Positions 63,547 to 64,000 of a stretch of 64,000 nucleotides of DNA are shown here, piece after piece (positions within the stretch are counted from its first letter, which is position 1; each line of letters begins with the position of its first letter). The notes under the pieces were generated by a model. It was not told where the DNA came from. It saw only the letters and a list, made by a program, of their open reading frames with translations, and made no database searches. Source of the stretch: an uncultured Acidobacteriaceae bacterium (GTDB taxonomy: Bacteria > Acidobacteriota > Terriglobia > Terriglobales > Acidobacteriaceae); NCBI GenBank assembly GCA_963804075.1, contig CAWDPB010000095.1, forward strand, positions 17,379 to 81,378, read 5' to 3'. The position numbers were made by a program, and so were the translations under genes.

Positions 63547-64000
63547 ATGGCTGATATTCGTCCGAAACCGCAGGTAATTGAGACCACCGAGGCTCAAATC
63601 GCAGTTCACTGGAGGGAAGAAGAGTACTACTATCCTTCTTCGAAATTCATCGGTCAGGCAAACCTGACCGATCCGGCAGTACTCGACCGGTTCAGCGAGG
63701 ATAAATTCCCGGAGTGCTTCCGGGAATACGCCGACATGCTGAGCTGGGACCAGTACTGGCACACTACGCTCGACACTAACGATCCGCCGTTTTGGAAGTG
63801 GTTCGTGGGCGGCAAGCTCAACGCTTCGTACAACTGCGTGGATCGCCATCTCGCCAAGTACAAGAACAAGGCGGCGCTGATCTTCGTGCCGGAGCCGGAA
63901 GGCGACCAAATCATCTCGGTGACATACCGCGAACTTTATGTGCGGGTGAATGAATTTGCCGCGCTGCTGCGCGATTTCTGCGGGTTGAAGGCTGGCGATC
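63547..64000 (+). CDS. acs: Acetate--CoA ligase (AMP-forming), 5' partial (runs off the window)
   Basis: ATG 63547 gives MADIRPKPQVIETTEAQIAVHWREEEYYYPSSKFIGQANL...WFVGGKLNASYNCVDRHLAKYKNKAALIFVPEPEG...VTYRELY. It is absent from the ORF track because there is no stop codon inside the window. Confidence 0.9.
   Translation, partial: MADIRPKPQVIETTEAQIAVHWREEEYYYPSSKFIGQANLTDPAVLDRFSEDKFPECFREYADMLSWDQYWHTTLDTNDPPFWKWFVGGKLNASYNCVDRHLAKYKNKAALIFVPEPEGDQIISVTYRELYVRVNEFAALLRDFCGLKAGD

Overview
GC-rich chromosomal segment. By inference only, it comes from an Acidobacteriota/Terriglobia-like soil bacterium: it has futalosine-pathway mqn genes, many TonB_C, PEGA and carboxypeptidase-regulatory-like outer-membrane proteins, and PFOR. 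I support about 50 protein genes. I recognised no rRNA, tRNA, CRISPR array, transposase or integrase.

Content, left to right:
- PBP1A, proS, a secreted phosphoesterase, a CheY-like receiver, and small secreted or hydrophilic proteins.
- DUF962, D-aminoacylase, and the methyl-cycle pair metK-ahcY.
- rodZ-like, PilZ-TonB_C, TonB and a sulfotransferase.
- A complete pentose-phosphate operon on the minus strand: tkt, fused tal-pgi, gnd, zwf, pgl.
- A GAF-HD-GYP gene divergent from a GAF-TonB_C gene, and a processive GT2 synthase.
- Futalosine genes mqnC, mqnA and mqnD-like, interleaved with dprA, topA and bioY.
- A TonB-dependent receptor.
- A small addiction island: XRE, zinc-ribbon RNase HI, higBA, vapBC.
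- A GNAT-like gene, and a DHOD-like gene with nifJ (PFOR).
- A porin, PEGA, two MFS transporters and acs.

Two properties cut across the whole window:
1. Many conserved genes are interrupted by single-nucleotide frame changes. These are strongly clustered in tkt/tal-pgi and the topA 3' end.
2. The intergenic spacers are packed with structured repeats. The most unusual are short arrays with a 7-nt period. They occur as inverted pairs running from a stop codon to the next ribosome-binding site.

One such pair encloses a whole four-helix-bundle ('23S rRNA intervening-sequence protein'/Avd-like) ORF inserted between dprA and topA. This is my best candidate for an undescribed system: an IVS-like structured cassette with 'solo' derivatives elsewhere in the window.

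All family calls come from motif recognition by eye. Repeat coordinates were counted by hand and may be off by 1-2 nt.
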